Shown here one piece after another: positions 42,903-51,274 of a DNA stretch of 51,348 nucleotides. The stretch covers positions 1 through 51,348 of the IMG/VR virus record IMGVR_UViG_3300012940_000033. One strand, 5' to 3'. Origin of the DNA: a virus (lineage: Duplodnaviria > Caudoviricetes). The notes under the pieces were generated by a model, which was given only the letters and a program-made list of their open reading frames with translations, ran no database searches and was not told where the DNA came from. The stretch's first letter is position 1. The number at the start of each line of letters is the position of its first letter. The translations under genes and the position numbers were made by a program.

Positions 42903-43891
42903 CATAGCCCCTCGGCAGGATCGACTTCTTCAGGCTCGACCGAATCCGGTTCCAGCGCGTATAGTTCTATGCCGAACCGGGCCAGCAACGTCGCCGCGAA
43001 GACCAGCAGGCGCTCCCGGGCAGCCTCGTCGGCCGGGTCAAACCCGGATGCGACGGCATCCGCGAGCACATCGTCGGCGTTGACTTCGCCCCGTGGCTGC
43101 GTTTTTTCAACATGAGCGGGGTCTTCCCCTGCCTTGCCCTTTTTCGTCGCCGTGGCGGGCCGATTTTCCACGTGCTTGGCGGTTGCTTTCTTCTTCCCTT
43201 TCGCCTCGGCCTTCGCCACAGCCGCCTGAAGCCGCTCGGCGGCCTTGGCGCCGTGCTTGCTCAGCTCCTGGATGGCGAGGGTGGCCGACACTTTCTCGGC
43301 GATCACGAGGTCGCGCACGGCTTTCGGGGCGCCGGCAAGCGTTAGCAGGTCATCGACGTACTTCTTGCCCGACTTGAAGCCAAGCCGCTTGGCGATGGTT
43401 GCCTCATCGACACCCATGCCGACCAGGCGCTTCACCATCAGCGCCGTCTCGAAAGTCGTGAAGGGGCGACCCTCGTTGGACGTGACGAGAGCGAAGGTGA
43501 GGTCTTCCATCGTCGTCCCGTTCGGCTTGACGACGACCGGGACTTTCTCGATCTCGTGACCCTCAGCGATCAGCTCGCAGACCGCCTCGAAGCGCGTGTG
43601 GCCTTCCGTGATGTAGATCACGTCGCAGCCGTCCTCTCGGGCGACAAAGCCTGCAAGCGGCTTGTCCTGGTAGTAGCCGTTCTCGCGAATCGACTCTTTG
43701 ATGCGGGCCAGGTGTTCGAGATAGGCCGGCGTGCGTATGCGGCCGTTGAAGCCTTCAATCTTGCGCAGCTTGGAAGGATGGACTGCCCACAAGTCGGCAG
43801 ACTTCGCGCCGGCCTCCTTCATCGCGGTCTTAAGGTTGCCGCGCGTCAGTTCGGTCGCGAACTCGCTCGGCGGGATTTCCAGTTTTGTCAT
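42902..43891 (-). CDS. ParB-like (ParB/Srx N-terminal domain plus HTH) protein
   Basis: GFNGR, SIRENGY, YITEGHTRF, SNEGRPF and ATIAKRLG. Confidence 0.75.
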   Translation of the reverse strand: MTKLEIPPSEFATELTRGNLKTAMKEAGAKSADLWAVHPSKLRKIEGFNGRIRTPAYLEHLARIKESIRENGYYQDKPLAGFVAREDGCDVIYITEGHTRFEAVCELIAEGHEIEKVPVVVKPNGTTMEDLTFALVTSNEGRPFTTFETALMVKRLVGMGVDEATIAKRLGFKSGKKYVDDLLTLAGAPKAVRDLVIAEKVSATLAIQELSKHGAKAAERLQAAVAKAEAKGKKKATAKHVENRPATATKKGKAGEDPAHVEKTQPRGEVNADDVLADAVASGFDPADEAARERLLVFAATLLARFGIELYALEPDSVEPEEVDPAEGL

Positions 43892-43903
43892 GATGGTTCC
43901 AGG

Positions 43904-44842
43904 TCAGGCGTCAGCAACGTCGTTGAGGAAGGCGTCTTCCAGCTTGGCGACGCCTTCAGGGGTCAGGTACTGGCGGGCCATCGCGATCACGCGCTGTTCG
44001 TCGAGACGGAGGCGCAGCTTCGCGGCCTCTCGCTCCAACACACGCTGCGCTTCCGTGGCATCCGCAGTCACCTTGGCGGTGACCGTCTTGGGATCGGGCG
44101 CGTCGCAAAGGCCGCAATCGCAGTCGTCGCCCTTCTCGGTCGCCCGCTTGCGCAGGAAGGTGATCATGCCGGCGATGTAGTTGATCGCACCCAGCAGTTC
44201 GGCCACCTGGCGGTCCAGCGTCGGCAGCTTCACGCCCTCGGTGATCTTTTTGCACGCCTGGTAGCTCATGCCGTCCACGCTGCCGATCAGTTCGCTGATC
44301 TGCTGCATGCGCTGGCGTTCGAACGGCAGGCCGCCGCCGAGGTTGTGGCGCTCAGCTCCCTTGCCTGCCTGGGCTTGGTTGAGGGCTTCGACGAGGATGC
44401 CGAACAGGCTCTCGTAGCCCTTCTTGACGACTGTGCCGTAGGACGACTGCGTACCGTCCTGCGTTCCCTCGATGGCGTAGGCGCGACCTTGGGTAGTGGG
44501 AATGACGGTGGTCGGAGTGGGCCAACTGTCGATCACCACGGTCAACGAGCCGTCGTCTTGACGTTCGACACGTTTAACCTTCGCATCGGTCAATCCGGTA
44601 ACCCCATGACCGACGGTTTCGAATATGGCGTTGATCGACGGAACCAGATTGGCGCCGGCCTGTACGAACGCCCCACGATCTGCTGCGCGTTGCAGTTCGG
44701 CGGCGAAGCGGCGCTTCACGATCTGGCGATCGGAGAACCCCGGACCTTTGATTTTGTGGAAGACGCGCCGGAAGGCATTCTCGATAAACTCGTCGCCGAG
44801 TTCGATGGCTGCTTCCGAGATTTGGTCGATAGTTTTCATCAT
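43904..44842 (-). CDS. Mosaic hypothetical protein with a possible all-alpha NTP-pyrophosphatase-like domain
   Basis: GKGAERH...YQACKK..E...ELLGAINY segment; AAGGA RBS. Confidence 0.45.
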   Translation of the reverse strand: MMKTIDQISEAAIELGDEFIENAFRRVFHKIKGPGFSDRQIVKRRFAAELQRAADRGAFVQAGANLVPSINAIFETVGHGVTGLTDAKVKRVERQDDGSLTVVIDSWPTPTTVIPTTQGRAYAIEGTQDGTQSSYGTVVKKGYESLFGILVEALNQAQAGKGAERHNLGGGLPFERQRMQQISELIGSVDGMSYQACKKITEGVKLPTLDRQVAELLGAINYIAGMITFLRKRATEKGDDCDCGLCDAPDPKTVTAKVTADATEAQRVLEREAAKLRLRLDEQRVIAMARQYLTPEGVAKLEDAFLNDVADA

Positions 44843-44869
44843 CCTTTCCTTGGAGTGAGTTCGTCGGGG

Positions 44870-45100
44870 TCAGCGCTGGCCGAAGGGGGCGCCGTGCCGC
44901 AGGCCCACCGTGCCTTTGGCGGCTTTCTTGCCGAGCTTCGCCCCGGGCTCGCCAGGCACATAGCCGAACATTTCCTTACTCATCAGGCGGTTGATAGTGG
45001 CGTCGTAATGCGGGCTCAGAAAATCAGATGTGCGCATTTTCGGCATGGCCTTCATTGCCTTTTCGAACAGCGCAGCCATGTTTGCTTTCATGATGTCCAT
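44870..45100 (-). CDS. Small basic hypothetical protein
   Basis: ATG at 45100 with AGGA upstream; 3' part of ORF 44870-45283. Confidence 0.5.
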   Translation of the reverse strand: MDIMKANMAALFEKAMKAMPKMRTSDFLSPHYDATINRLMSKEMFGYVPGEPGAKLGKKAAKGTVGLRHGAPFGQR

Positions 45101-45149
45101 GGGGGATCCTATTTGTTGAGGCGACACCAAGATGATGCCGCCCTGGTCA

Positions 45150-46088
45150 TTAAAGTTCGTCGTCTTCTTCTTCCTCGCCGAACTTCTTCTGTCCGCCGAG
45201 AGCAGCAAACAAGTCATCGCACAGCTCGCGCATCTGGCCGCCGAAAAGCGCGATGTCGGCTTGCAATTGACCTTCCTTGTCAAGCTCGTCGGCCTTTTCC
45301 GTCCCTTGGTCGATAGGCTTGATGCCTCGAATTTCCAAGCCGGCCGTCAGCGTGAATGTAAACCAGTCGCGGAAAGTCAGTTCAAGACGAGTGCAGGCGC
45401 GGCCTTCTGACGTGTGCTTCAGGACTTCCTCGTGGCTCGGCCTGGCCTGCTTGTAGGTGACCTTGGCGCTACCCTGGCCTTCGAACGTGGCGCTCTCGCC
45501 CACCATGAAAGACTCGTGTATGTCCCCGTCGAGCAGCCAGTCTGTCATGCAGGCGCGAGGATGCTTGACCGTCTGGATTTTGCTCAGGCCCACCGATACG
45601 TCCAGGCGGTTCAGCGCCTCAACGAACTGGCTGACAACGCCCGTGCTCACGCTATCGACGATTATCCGGTTGCATTTGAGGTCAATCAGCGCTCGTGTGT
45701 CCCGATGAACGCTCGGCGCTCTCAGAAGCAGGTTCGACCTCACATCCTCGGCCAGCTCCATGCGCTGCTTGCGGCCCGGTCGGTAGCCGTTACGGGCACG
45801 AAACTGCTCGACTTCTTCTTCCACTGCCTTCTTGACCAAGCTGGCCGGCAGCACCTTCTTCTCGATGCGCAGGGCGATCAGCGAATAGGTGTTCAAGGTG
45901 TAGTCGAGTTCGTCGGTAAACTCGCACGGCGGAACGAATCCCGCCGAAAGCGGCACCGCGCCGTCGATGGGCTTGAACTCTCGGGAAAGCAGGGCTTCAG
46001 ACAGGTCCGCCCCTTCAGAGTCGATGATATTCCTGACGAAATCAGCGTCCAGGTTGAATATGGTTGCGTTCTTAAAAAGTGCTTTCAC
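45150..46088 (-). CDS. rdgC: Recombination-associated protein RdgC
   Basis: FKNATIF, GFVPP, EKKVLPASLVK, LLLRAP, MTDWL and ADIALF. Confidence 0.85.
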   Translation of the reverse strand: MKALFKNATIFNLDADFVRNIIDSEGADLSEALLSREFKPIDGAVPLSAGFVPPCEFTDELDYTLNTYSLIALRIEKKVLPASLVKKAVEEEVEQFRARNGYRPGRKQRMELAEDVRSNLLLRAPSVHRDTRALIDLKCNRIIVDSVSTGVVSQFVEALNRLDVSVGLSKIQTVKHPRACMTDWLLDGDIHESFMVGESATFEGQGSAKVTYKQARPSHEEVLKHTSEGRACTRLELTFRDWFTFTLTAGLEIRGIKPIDQGTEKADELDKEGQLQADIALFGGQMRELCDDLFAALGGQKKFGEEEEDDEL

Positions 46089-46155
46089 GTGTTATCCCCT
46101 TGAGTTGTCAACATTGGCATCTGCTCCAACAAAATGATCCGCAGCGGCTCTCCCC

Positions 46156-46608
46156 TCAGAACGCCTTGCCGCCTTCCTGCTTACGGTTCTCAAGCTTATG
46201 GTCGGCCCGGACGGTGTTGAAATGCAACTTCTCGGCAATAGCGCCGGGCAAGTCGAGCCCGATACCGCCGGCGAGGTCGAAAATTCGGATCACGGCGTCG
46301 GCCAACTCGACTTCGAGCATCTGGCGATGCTTGAGCTTGTCGTCCTTGAGGCTCTTGCGAAAGCCTTCCATCCCCTCGCTGATTTCCGAGTGAATGAGGC
46401 ACAGCTTTTCCGGCACGTTCACGTTCAAACTGGCCGGGTCATTGTGCAAGCCGAACAGCGGCGACGTGAGGTCTTCTCCCGTTTTCAAGTTCGTCCACCA
46501 GCCGGATTCCTTGGCGATCCCGTGGCAGTATCGCAGCAGGACCGCTGCTGCCTCCTCGATTTCGTAGCGGTTCTCGGGATGCTGGATTTGCTCGATGTAG
46601 TTGCTCAT
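46156..46608 (-). CDS. MazG-like nucleotide pyrophosphohydrolase
   Basis: EKLCLIHSEISEGMEG..K, EVELADAVIRIFD and EKLHFN..R. Confidence 0.85.
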   Translation of the reverse strand: MSNYIEQIQHPENRYEIEEAAAVLLRYCHGIAKESGWWTNLKTGEDLTSPLFGLHNDPASLNVNVPEKLCLIHSEISEGMEGFRKSLKDDKLKHRQMLEVELADAVIRIFDLAGGIGLDLPGAIAEKLHFNTVRADHKLENRKQEGGKAF

Positions 46609-46697
46609 TTTCCTTTCCTTGCTTGGTTACGGTTCACCAGTGATAACTCTCTCAGATACTGTTAAACCGTGTCAAATGTTGAATTGTAACAGTGTAG

Positions 46698-46943
46698 TTA
46701 CAGCCCTGCTGCCGGGTCCTCGTCTTCATCGTCGTCAACCCAAGAGAAGATGTAGTCCCCGAACACTCGGTCGGCGGTGATGCTGAGTGTGCCGCGCTCG
46801 ACACCGATGATGCTGATATTGCCGACAACCGGCACGCCGGCCTCGCGTAGCTTCGCCATGACTTCCGTGTTCAAGCACACTTCGTTGTCGCGGTGGTGCG
46901 TCTTGCGCCGATCCATCGCCACGGTGATAGTGACAGGCTTCAC
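46698..46943 (-). CDS. Hypothetical protein ending EDEDPAAGL
   Basis: GGGAG RBS with GTG start; 81 aa. Confidence 0.65.
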   Translation of the reverse strand: MKPVTITVAMDRRKTHHRDNEVCLNTEVMAKLREAGVPVVGNISIIGVERGTLSITADRVFGDYIFSWVDDDEDEDPAAGL

Positions 46944-46952
46944 GATGACTCC

Positions 46953-47324
46953 CTATTTCGGTGGTTTGACCAAATGAACGTACAGCCGAATTCCCTTCTT
47001 TTGCGCCAGGTAGATGACGTGGGCGGTGTTCCAGCTTTCGCCATCCCACAACGCGATCAGCGCGTCCGCGTTCTTGATCAGCGCCTTGTTTCGTGTAACG
47101 TGCGGCATCCCGTTCTTGTTGCCCTTCGGGCTTTCCTTCATCAGCGGGAAGTAGTTGACCGGGATGTTGTTCAGTTCCGCCCAGGTGCGAGCGGTGACGC
47201 CAGGCCCGCGCTTGCAGCCGAGAAGCACAACTCGAATTCTGTCGGAAAGCCCGCTGCCCGATATTGCCTCGCACATGACGCCGAAATCATTCACCCAGCT
47301 TGATCCAGCAATTGCTACTCTCAC
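46953..47324 (-). CDS. SLOG-family (DUF2493/YspA-like) protein
   Basis: MRVAIAGS, GCKRGP, RNKALIKNADALIALWDGES.NT. Confidence 0.75.
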   Translation of the reverse strand: MRVAIAGSSWVNDFGVMCEAISGSGLSDRIRVVLLGCKRGPGVTARTWAELNNIPVNYFPLMKESPKGNKNGMPHVTRNKALIKNADALIALWDGESWNTAHVIYLAQKKGIRLYVHLVKPPK

Positions 47325-48058
47325 AGCTCGTCATCCTCTGCTTCAGGGTTGAGGACTTCCAAGGCGTTTCCCTGGGAGTCGAACTCGCCGCCGGTCAGCG
47401 GGGCGATGATGAGCAGCATTTGCGGCCGCCACGGGAACTGCGCGTATATCGTAGAGTCGTCCAGCGTTCCGCGCGGCTTATGCAGGATTCGAACGTCGCG
47501 GTAGTCGAGCCAGTCGTCGTACATGGCCGCGATGGTGCGCAGGTAGCGCATGCTGATAATGCCCGGGAAGCCTTCTTTCATGCCGGTAAGGTCTTCTTCC
47601 GACGGCGCGATGCGCCGCCAGTCGGGATAGATCATCACGCCGTTCTCGCCGGTCGGAAGGCTCGGCCCAGCGTGCTCGAAGATGTGAGCCTTTCGGACGT
47701 TGTTGCAGAGCGCAGCCTTGAAGACCGTCTCGGTGCCTTCCAGGACCCGCAGGCGATCTTTTTCCATGTCGATGACGACCTGGCGCGAGTCAACCGTATT
47801 CCCTTTCAGGTGGCCGGCCGTATCGTCGTCGATCTTGATCGTGTACGCGCGGTCAGCAGCACCGTCTTTGTCGTACTGGATGCACACCACGGCGCCGTCA
47901 GTCGAGATGACGTGCAGGCCCGTCTTGCCCGTGGGGTGCAAGAGAATGTACGTGGCCGCGGTGATAAAACGTTGATGGATGTGCGCCTTCTTGCGGTCGG
48001 TGACGGCGAACATCCTAGCGATACGCAGGTACTCTGCGCCGACGGTAATCCGGCTCAT
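47321..48058 (-). CDS. Putative beta-clamp (DnaN)-fold-related protein
   Basis: VISTDG, YPDWRRIAP and ISMRYL echo the DnaN motifs ATDGHRL, FPDYRRVIP and FN..YL. Confidence 0.45.
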   Translation of the reverse strand: MSRITVGAEYLRIARMFAVTDRKKAHIHQRFITAATYILLHPTGKTGLHVISTDGAVVCIQYDKDGAADRAYTIKIDDDTAGHLKGNTVDSRQVVIDMEKDRLRVLEGTETVFKAALCNNVRKAHIFEHAGPSLPTGENGVMIYPDWRRIAPSEEDLTGMKEGFPGIISMRYLRTIAAMYDDWLDYRDVRILHKPRGTLDDSTIYAQFPWRPQMLLIIAPLTGGEFDSQGNALEVLNPEAEDDEL

Positions 48059-48414
48059 ACTTGTTCCTTCTTCAAAATGTATTTGCGAAATTCGGAGCCT
48101 CGCACGCAGGACTTGGCGAGTTCGAACACAGTGCTGTTCGGCTCAGCCCGGTAGTACGGACCTTCGATCCAGATAAAACGGTCGGCCCGAATGGCGACCT
48201 GGCTGGTGAGCGCCGGCAGCATGGCTACCAGAGCGGCGGTCTGTTGCTTGTTCTCGACGTAGCGTAAGAGGGCTCGGATCGGGCCCAACTCGTATGTGCT
48301 GTAGTAAGGAACAAGCTTCACGCGCAAGGCGCCGATGACGGCGTTGAGCGCGTCTTCAGTCTGGACGTAGATCAGGCTGCGGACACCAACAACCAACTGC
48401 GTGAAGTTACTCAT
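48055..48414 (-). CDS. Hypothetical protein
   Basis: AGGAG RBS before the ATG at 48414; ATGA-coupled to the next gene. Confidence 0.6.
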   Translation of the reverse strand: MSNFTQLVVGVRSLIYVQTEDALNAVIGALRVKLVPYYSTYELGPIRALLRYVENKQQTAALVAMLPALTSQVAIRADRFIWIEGPYYRAEPNSTVFELAKSCVRGSEFRKYILKKEQV

Positions 48415-48742
48415 ACGGGCGCTCCTGGTGCGAACGAACATCGGACGGGGCCGCGTAAGTGATCCTGCCGCCACGTGTGCGTATCTGGATTTCGAGACGC
48501 ATGCAGCCCCAGGTGTCCCGATTGGCCTTGACGCGCCGGTCGAGCTTTTCAGGGTCAGTTTGCAGGTAGTAGCAGGTGACGCGGTGGCCTACCACGATGC
48601 CGAACTTCCATTCGGTCGCGTCGTGGCTTTCTCTGAAATCGATCATGGTGCCGACCTGGTAGACAGAAGCACTGAGCGACAAGGCATCCTTAATCAGTCT
48701 GTCTGCCGACTCAAGAGTCGCAGTTATCTCTTCTGCGGGCAT
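48407..48742 (-). CDS. Hypothetical protein
   Basis: GGAGAAAGGA upstream; fits the operon packing. Confidence 0.6.
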   Translation of the reverse strand: MPAEEITATLESADRLIKDALSLSASVYQVGTMIDFRESHDATEWKFGIVVGHRVTCYYLQTDPEKLDRRVKANRDTWGCMRLEIQIRTRGGRITYAAPSDVRSHQERPYE

Positions 48743-48801
48743 TCCTTTCTCCGAGATGGGTGGTACTGGTCTCGCTAAAAGTGCAAAGCGCCGGGCGAAT
48801 T

Positions 48802-49020
48802 TCAGGCGGGCACGAGTTCTTCGTGTAGACGCCAGTGCGTGACGTTCCAGTGCGAGCCGTCAACTAGCCAGATGAAGCGCCCAGCCGGTTTTCCGCAGAT
48901 CGCTCGGTCGAAGTCGCGGTCAATCACAACATCGACGAGCATGTGAGGCAAGACAGGCATTTTGCCGTCGTTCTCGATCCAGCCGTCTTCCGGGCGGCGA
49001 GGTCTGATGGGCAGGTCCAT
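48802..49020 (-). CDS. Hypothetical protein (Trp-rich, ends VTHWR)
   Basis: GAGGA RBS; tight packing. Confidence 0.6.
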   Translation of the reverse strand: MDLPIRPRRPEDGWIENDGKMPVLPHMLVDVVIDRDFDRAICGKPAGRFIWLVDGSHWNVTHWRLHEELVPA

Positions 49021-49022
49021 AG

Positions 49023-49574
49023 TTACATCCTCGGATTCGCAAGATACTCACGCCAATGCACGAAGGTGCCGTCGTCGAGCTTAAATCCCCACGAGCCTCG
49101 CTTTCGGCCGGTGATGAAGAGGGTCCAGCACCCGCCTTCCGACACTTCGGCGACCCGATGAAATTCGCCACAGCGCAGCGGGGCGGTGTCGCCGGCCTTC
49201 AAAGTGCGCTGACATGTCAACGTGACCGCTTCAAGCGGATCGCCCGCGTTCTGCGGAAAGAAGCTGTCGCAAACTTCCGTGTACCAGCCGCGCAGGACAA
49301 TGCGCTGCGCGTTCCATGGGTGATTGTGCAGATGCCGGTCCGCGTCTGGCCGACGGATGTGATGGATGCGCAGAGACGGCAGCACATTGCGCATAAGCCA
49401 GTTTCGCTCGATATCGTTTCCCTCTTCGTCGTGGTAGGGATTGAACACCCACCAGCGGCCCATGTAGTCGCCCAGGTGCGAGTAAGGGTGACGGCGAGCG
49501 TAATGGATAAGCCGATCGACGCGGCTTTTGTCGCTCGTTATGTGCTTGGCTATCAGCTTGTAAATGGTTTGCAT
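49023..49574 (-). CDS. Cupin-like phage protein
   Basis: RIHHI..PD.DRHLHNHPW, FHRV and WTLFITG...WGF; His-rich metal-site pattern. Confidence 0.65.
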   Translation of the reverse strand: MQTIYKLIAKHITSDKSRVDRLIHYARRHPYSHLGDYMGRWWVFNPYHDEEGNDIERNWLMRNVLPSLRIHHIRRPDADRHLHNHPWNAQRIVLRGWYTEVCDSFFPQNAGDPLEAVTLTCQRTLKAGDTAPLRCGEFHRVAEVSEGGCWTLFITGRKRGSWGFKLDDGTFVHWREYLANPRM

Positions 49575-49576
49575 GA

Positions 49577-49792
49577 TTAGTTCCTTGAGTGGTCGTCCAG
49601 GGCTACGCGGATCTTCATGTGGATCTTTGCGTATGTGCTCGCAGCCACTGGCCGCCGAGTTGCCCAGTTCTTGATGGAAAGCGAGCCGTCCTTTTCGATT
49701 TCAACTATGTACTGCTTAGGTCCTTTGTCCGTTTCGAACGTCGCGACGTAAAAGCTTCCCATCATCTCGACGTGCGGAAGGACGCGATTCAT
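49577..49792 (-). CDS. Hypothetical protein
   Basis: GGGGAG RBS; ATGA coupling. Confidence 0.6.
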   Translation of the reverse strand: MNRVLPHVEMMGSFYVATFETDKGPKQYIVEIEKDGSLSIKNWATRRPVAASTYAKIHMKIRVALDDHSRN

Positions 49793-49890
49793 TCGTCTCC
49801 CCGCATGCTGATGAAAGCGCGGGTGATGAAAACCCCGCTCAGAAAGCCGCTTGCAAGGCCGATGATGCCGAACAGAAGAGCGCCCATCAT
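49789..49890 (-). CDS. 33-aa single-TM membrane peptide
   Basis: MMGALLFGIIGLASGFLSGVFITRAFISMRGDE; ATGA-coupled on both sides. Confidence 0.55.
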   Translation of the reverse strand: MMGALLFGIIGLASGFLSGVFITRAFISMRGDE

Positions 49891-50318
49891 TCGAGGCCCC
49901 TCGGATCGTTCAAGAAAGCGGGCGTAGCGAGTTCGTCTTTGGCGGCATCGCATTCGGGGAAAAGCCCGTACTCGCTCAGTGAGCCGCTGGCGTTGTACGG
50001 GCGGCGCTTGGACGGTGCCGTGCGCGTGACAGGCTCGCCCCACAGTCGCGCAATGAACTGGCGGAATTCCGACACGGTGCCGTGCGTGGTCTTCTTCTGG
50101 CCGCGAATCTGCCAACGATTTTTGCGCGTGAAGAAGTCAACGGTAGGCTTTCCCGGTTGGCGGAAGACGCACACGTCGCCGTTCTTGACTTCGTGGAACG
50201 CCAGGCCGCTCTCGCGCATGGCCTTCAGGTTTTGTTCCTTCGTCCACTCGCCTTTCTCATCGACACGAGTGGTCGGCTTTCCCCGGCGAGGGAAGTAATC
50301 AAGGTTGTCGTAGTCCAT
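49887..50318 (-). CDS. Hypothetical protein
   Basis: 143-aa ORF co-oriented with the operon. Confidence 0.6.
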   Translation of the reverse strand: MDYDNLDYFPRRGKPTTRVDEKGEWTKEQNLKAMRESGLAFHEVKNGDVCVFRQPGKPTVDFFTRKNRWQIRGQKKTTHGTVSEFRQFIARLWGEPVTRTAPSKRRPYNASGSLSEYGLFPECDAAKDELATPAFLNDPRGLE

Positions 50319-50441
50319 AGGTCAGAGAAGAAAGAAGGTTAGTAAGCGCAGGGTGGTACAGCGTCCTGCGAGCCCGGAAGGGTCCAATGAATTTCAAAAT
50401 TCACAAAGGGTGGTAAAGCGATTTCAAAAACCCGAAACCTT

Positions 50442-50693
50442 TCAAACGATTTTCAAAACACAGCTGCCGTTGCGCCCTTGCTCGATCTTGATTTCTCGAT
50501 TCGAGACGCGCTCTACATCCTCGTGCGTGATCTCGATGCTTGTCTCGCCCAGCTTCAAAAGCACCGTTCCGATTGCCACCCGGATGGCTTCTTCGTGCTG
50601 GGCGGCAAGATGAGTGGTGACGTAGCGGGCGAGTTCGAGCGTGTGGTCCCCTTTCATGATCGAGCTGTCGAGTTTCATATTTACGGTTTTCAC
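50442..50693 (-). CDS. Hypothetical protein
   Basis: GGAG RBS; starts 2 nt after the upstream stop. Confidence 0.55.
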   Translation of the reverse strand: MKTVNMKLDSSIMKGDHTLELARYVTTHLAAQHEEAIRVAIGTVLLKLGETSIEITHEDVERVSNREIKIEQGRNGSCVLKIV

Positions 50694-50695
50694 GA

Positions 50696-50989
50696 TTACT
50701 CCATGCGTGTGACGGTCACGACGACAAGCAGGTCGAGCGATCGGGTGGTGATCTCCCCGGTTTCGACGGTGTAGACGGCGCCCGTGCGATCCTTGGCCCG
50801 CTTGACGGCAGCCGCAATCAGATTGCGCAGGCGGTAGCGGGCTTCCTGAATAGCCTCTTTGGTCGCGCTATCTCCGTCCAGGCGCTCGACGATGGCGAAG
50901 GACTCGCCGACCTTGAGTTCTGCTATTTGTTGCACGCGACTCGGGATCGTCTGAGCCTCTGTCGCGGCCAGTGCTTTCTTCGTTTCCAT
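50696..50989 (-). CDS. Hypothetical protein, first gene of the leftward arm (possibly DNA-binding)
   Basis: IAELKVGESF; lies just downstream of a sigma70-like promoter. Confidence 0.6.
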   Translation of the reverse strand: METKKALAATEAQTIPSRVQQIAELKVGESFAIVERLDGDSATKEAIQEARYRLRNLIAAAVKRAKDRTGAVYTVETGEITTRSLDLLVVVTVTRME

Positions 50990-51023
50990 ATCGATTCCAG
51001 TGATGAACAGTGACTACAGGCGA

Positions 51024-51053
51024 ATAGTACCGGGTAATGCTTAGCAGTGTCAA
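51024..51053 (-). promoter_or_regulatory. Sigma70-like promoter TTGACA-N18-TACTAT
   Basis: Consensus -35 and 5/6 -10 on the minus strand, 35 nt upstream of ORF 50989. Confidence 0.7.
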
Positions 51054-51069
51054 CTCGTTTTTTCGAATT

Positions 51070-51235
51070 AAGGTCCGGGTGACATGCCGAAGGGCACAAG
51101 GTCCGGGTGACATGCCGAAGGGCACAAGGTCCGGGTGACATGCCGAAGGGCACAAGGTCCGGCTGCAACGTTGAAGGGCACAAGGTCCGGGTGACGTTCC
51201 AAAGGGCAAGGTCCGGTTGACCTTCTGAAGGGCAC
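51070..51235. repeat. Tandem array of six 26-28-bp units AAGGTCCGG-N-AAGGGC(AC)
   Basis: Three identical units (51070, 51098, 51126) and three variant units (51154, 51182, 51208). Confidence 0.9.
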
Positions 51236-51274
51236 TTGGTCACATGAGGTCACATGAGAGGTCGCCCTGGGCAC

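Noticed and set aside
43556-45316. 586-aa plus-strand ORF, and other long antisense ORFs such as 6310-8073, 18634-20178, 22062-23522 and 26133-27554
   Set aside because: They lie opposite well-supported genes, lack RBS and recognisable motifs, and are expected shadows of GC-rich codon bias.
43904-46608. 2-aminoadenine (dZ) or other base-substitution pathway
   Set aside because: A MazG-like gene is present, but I recognised no PurZ, HD-domain dATPase or other base-modification synthase.
46645-46676. Minus-strand TTGACA upstream of the MazG-like gene as a sigma70 promoter
   Set aside because: No acceptable -10 hexamer at 16-18 bp spacing.
45150-47350. DDEL termini as ER-retention (KDEL-like) signals or ssrA-like tags
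   Set aside because: This is a bacterial virus, so ER retention is irrelevant; the tails lack the ssrA terminal LAA. They are kept only as an unexplained motif.
51070-51235. CRISPR array
   Set aside because: The variable parts are only ~11 nt and three are identical; the unit length of 28 bp is far below repeat plus spacer size; no cas operon is present.
50868-51274. Repetitive ORFs across the terminal array
   Set aside because: They are translations of the 28-bp DNA repeat in several frames and overlap the predicted promoter.
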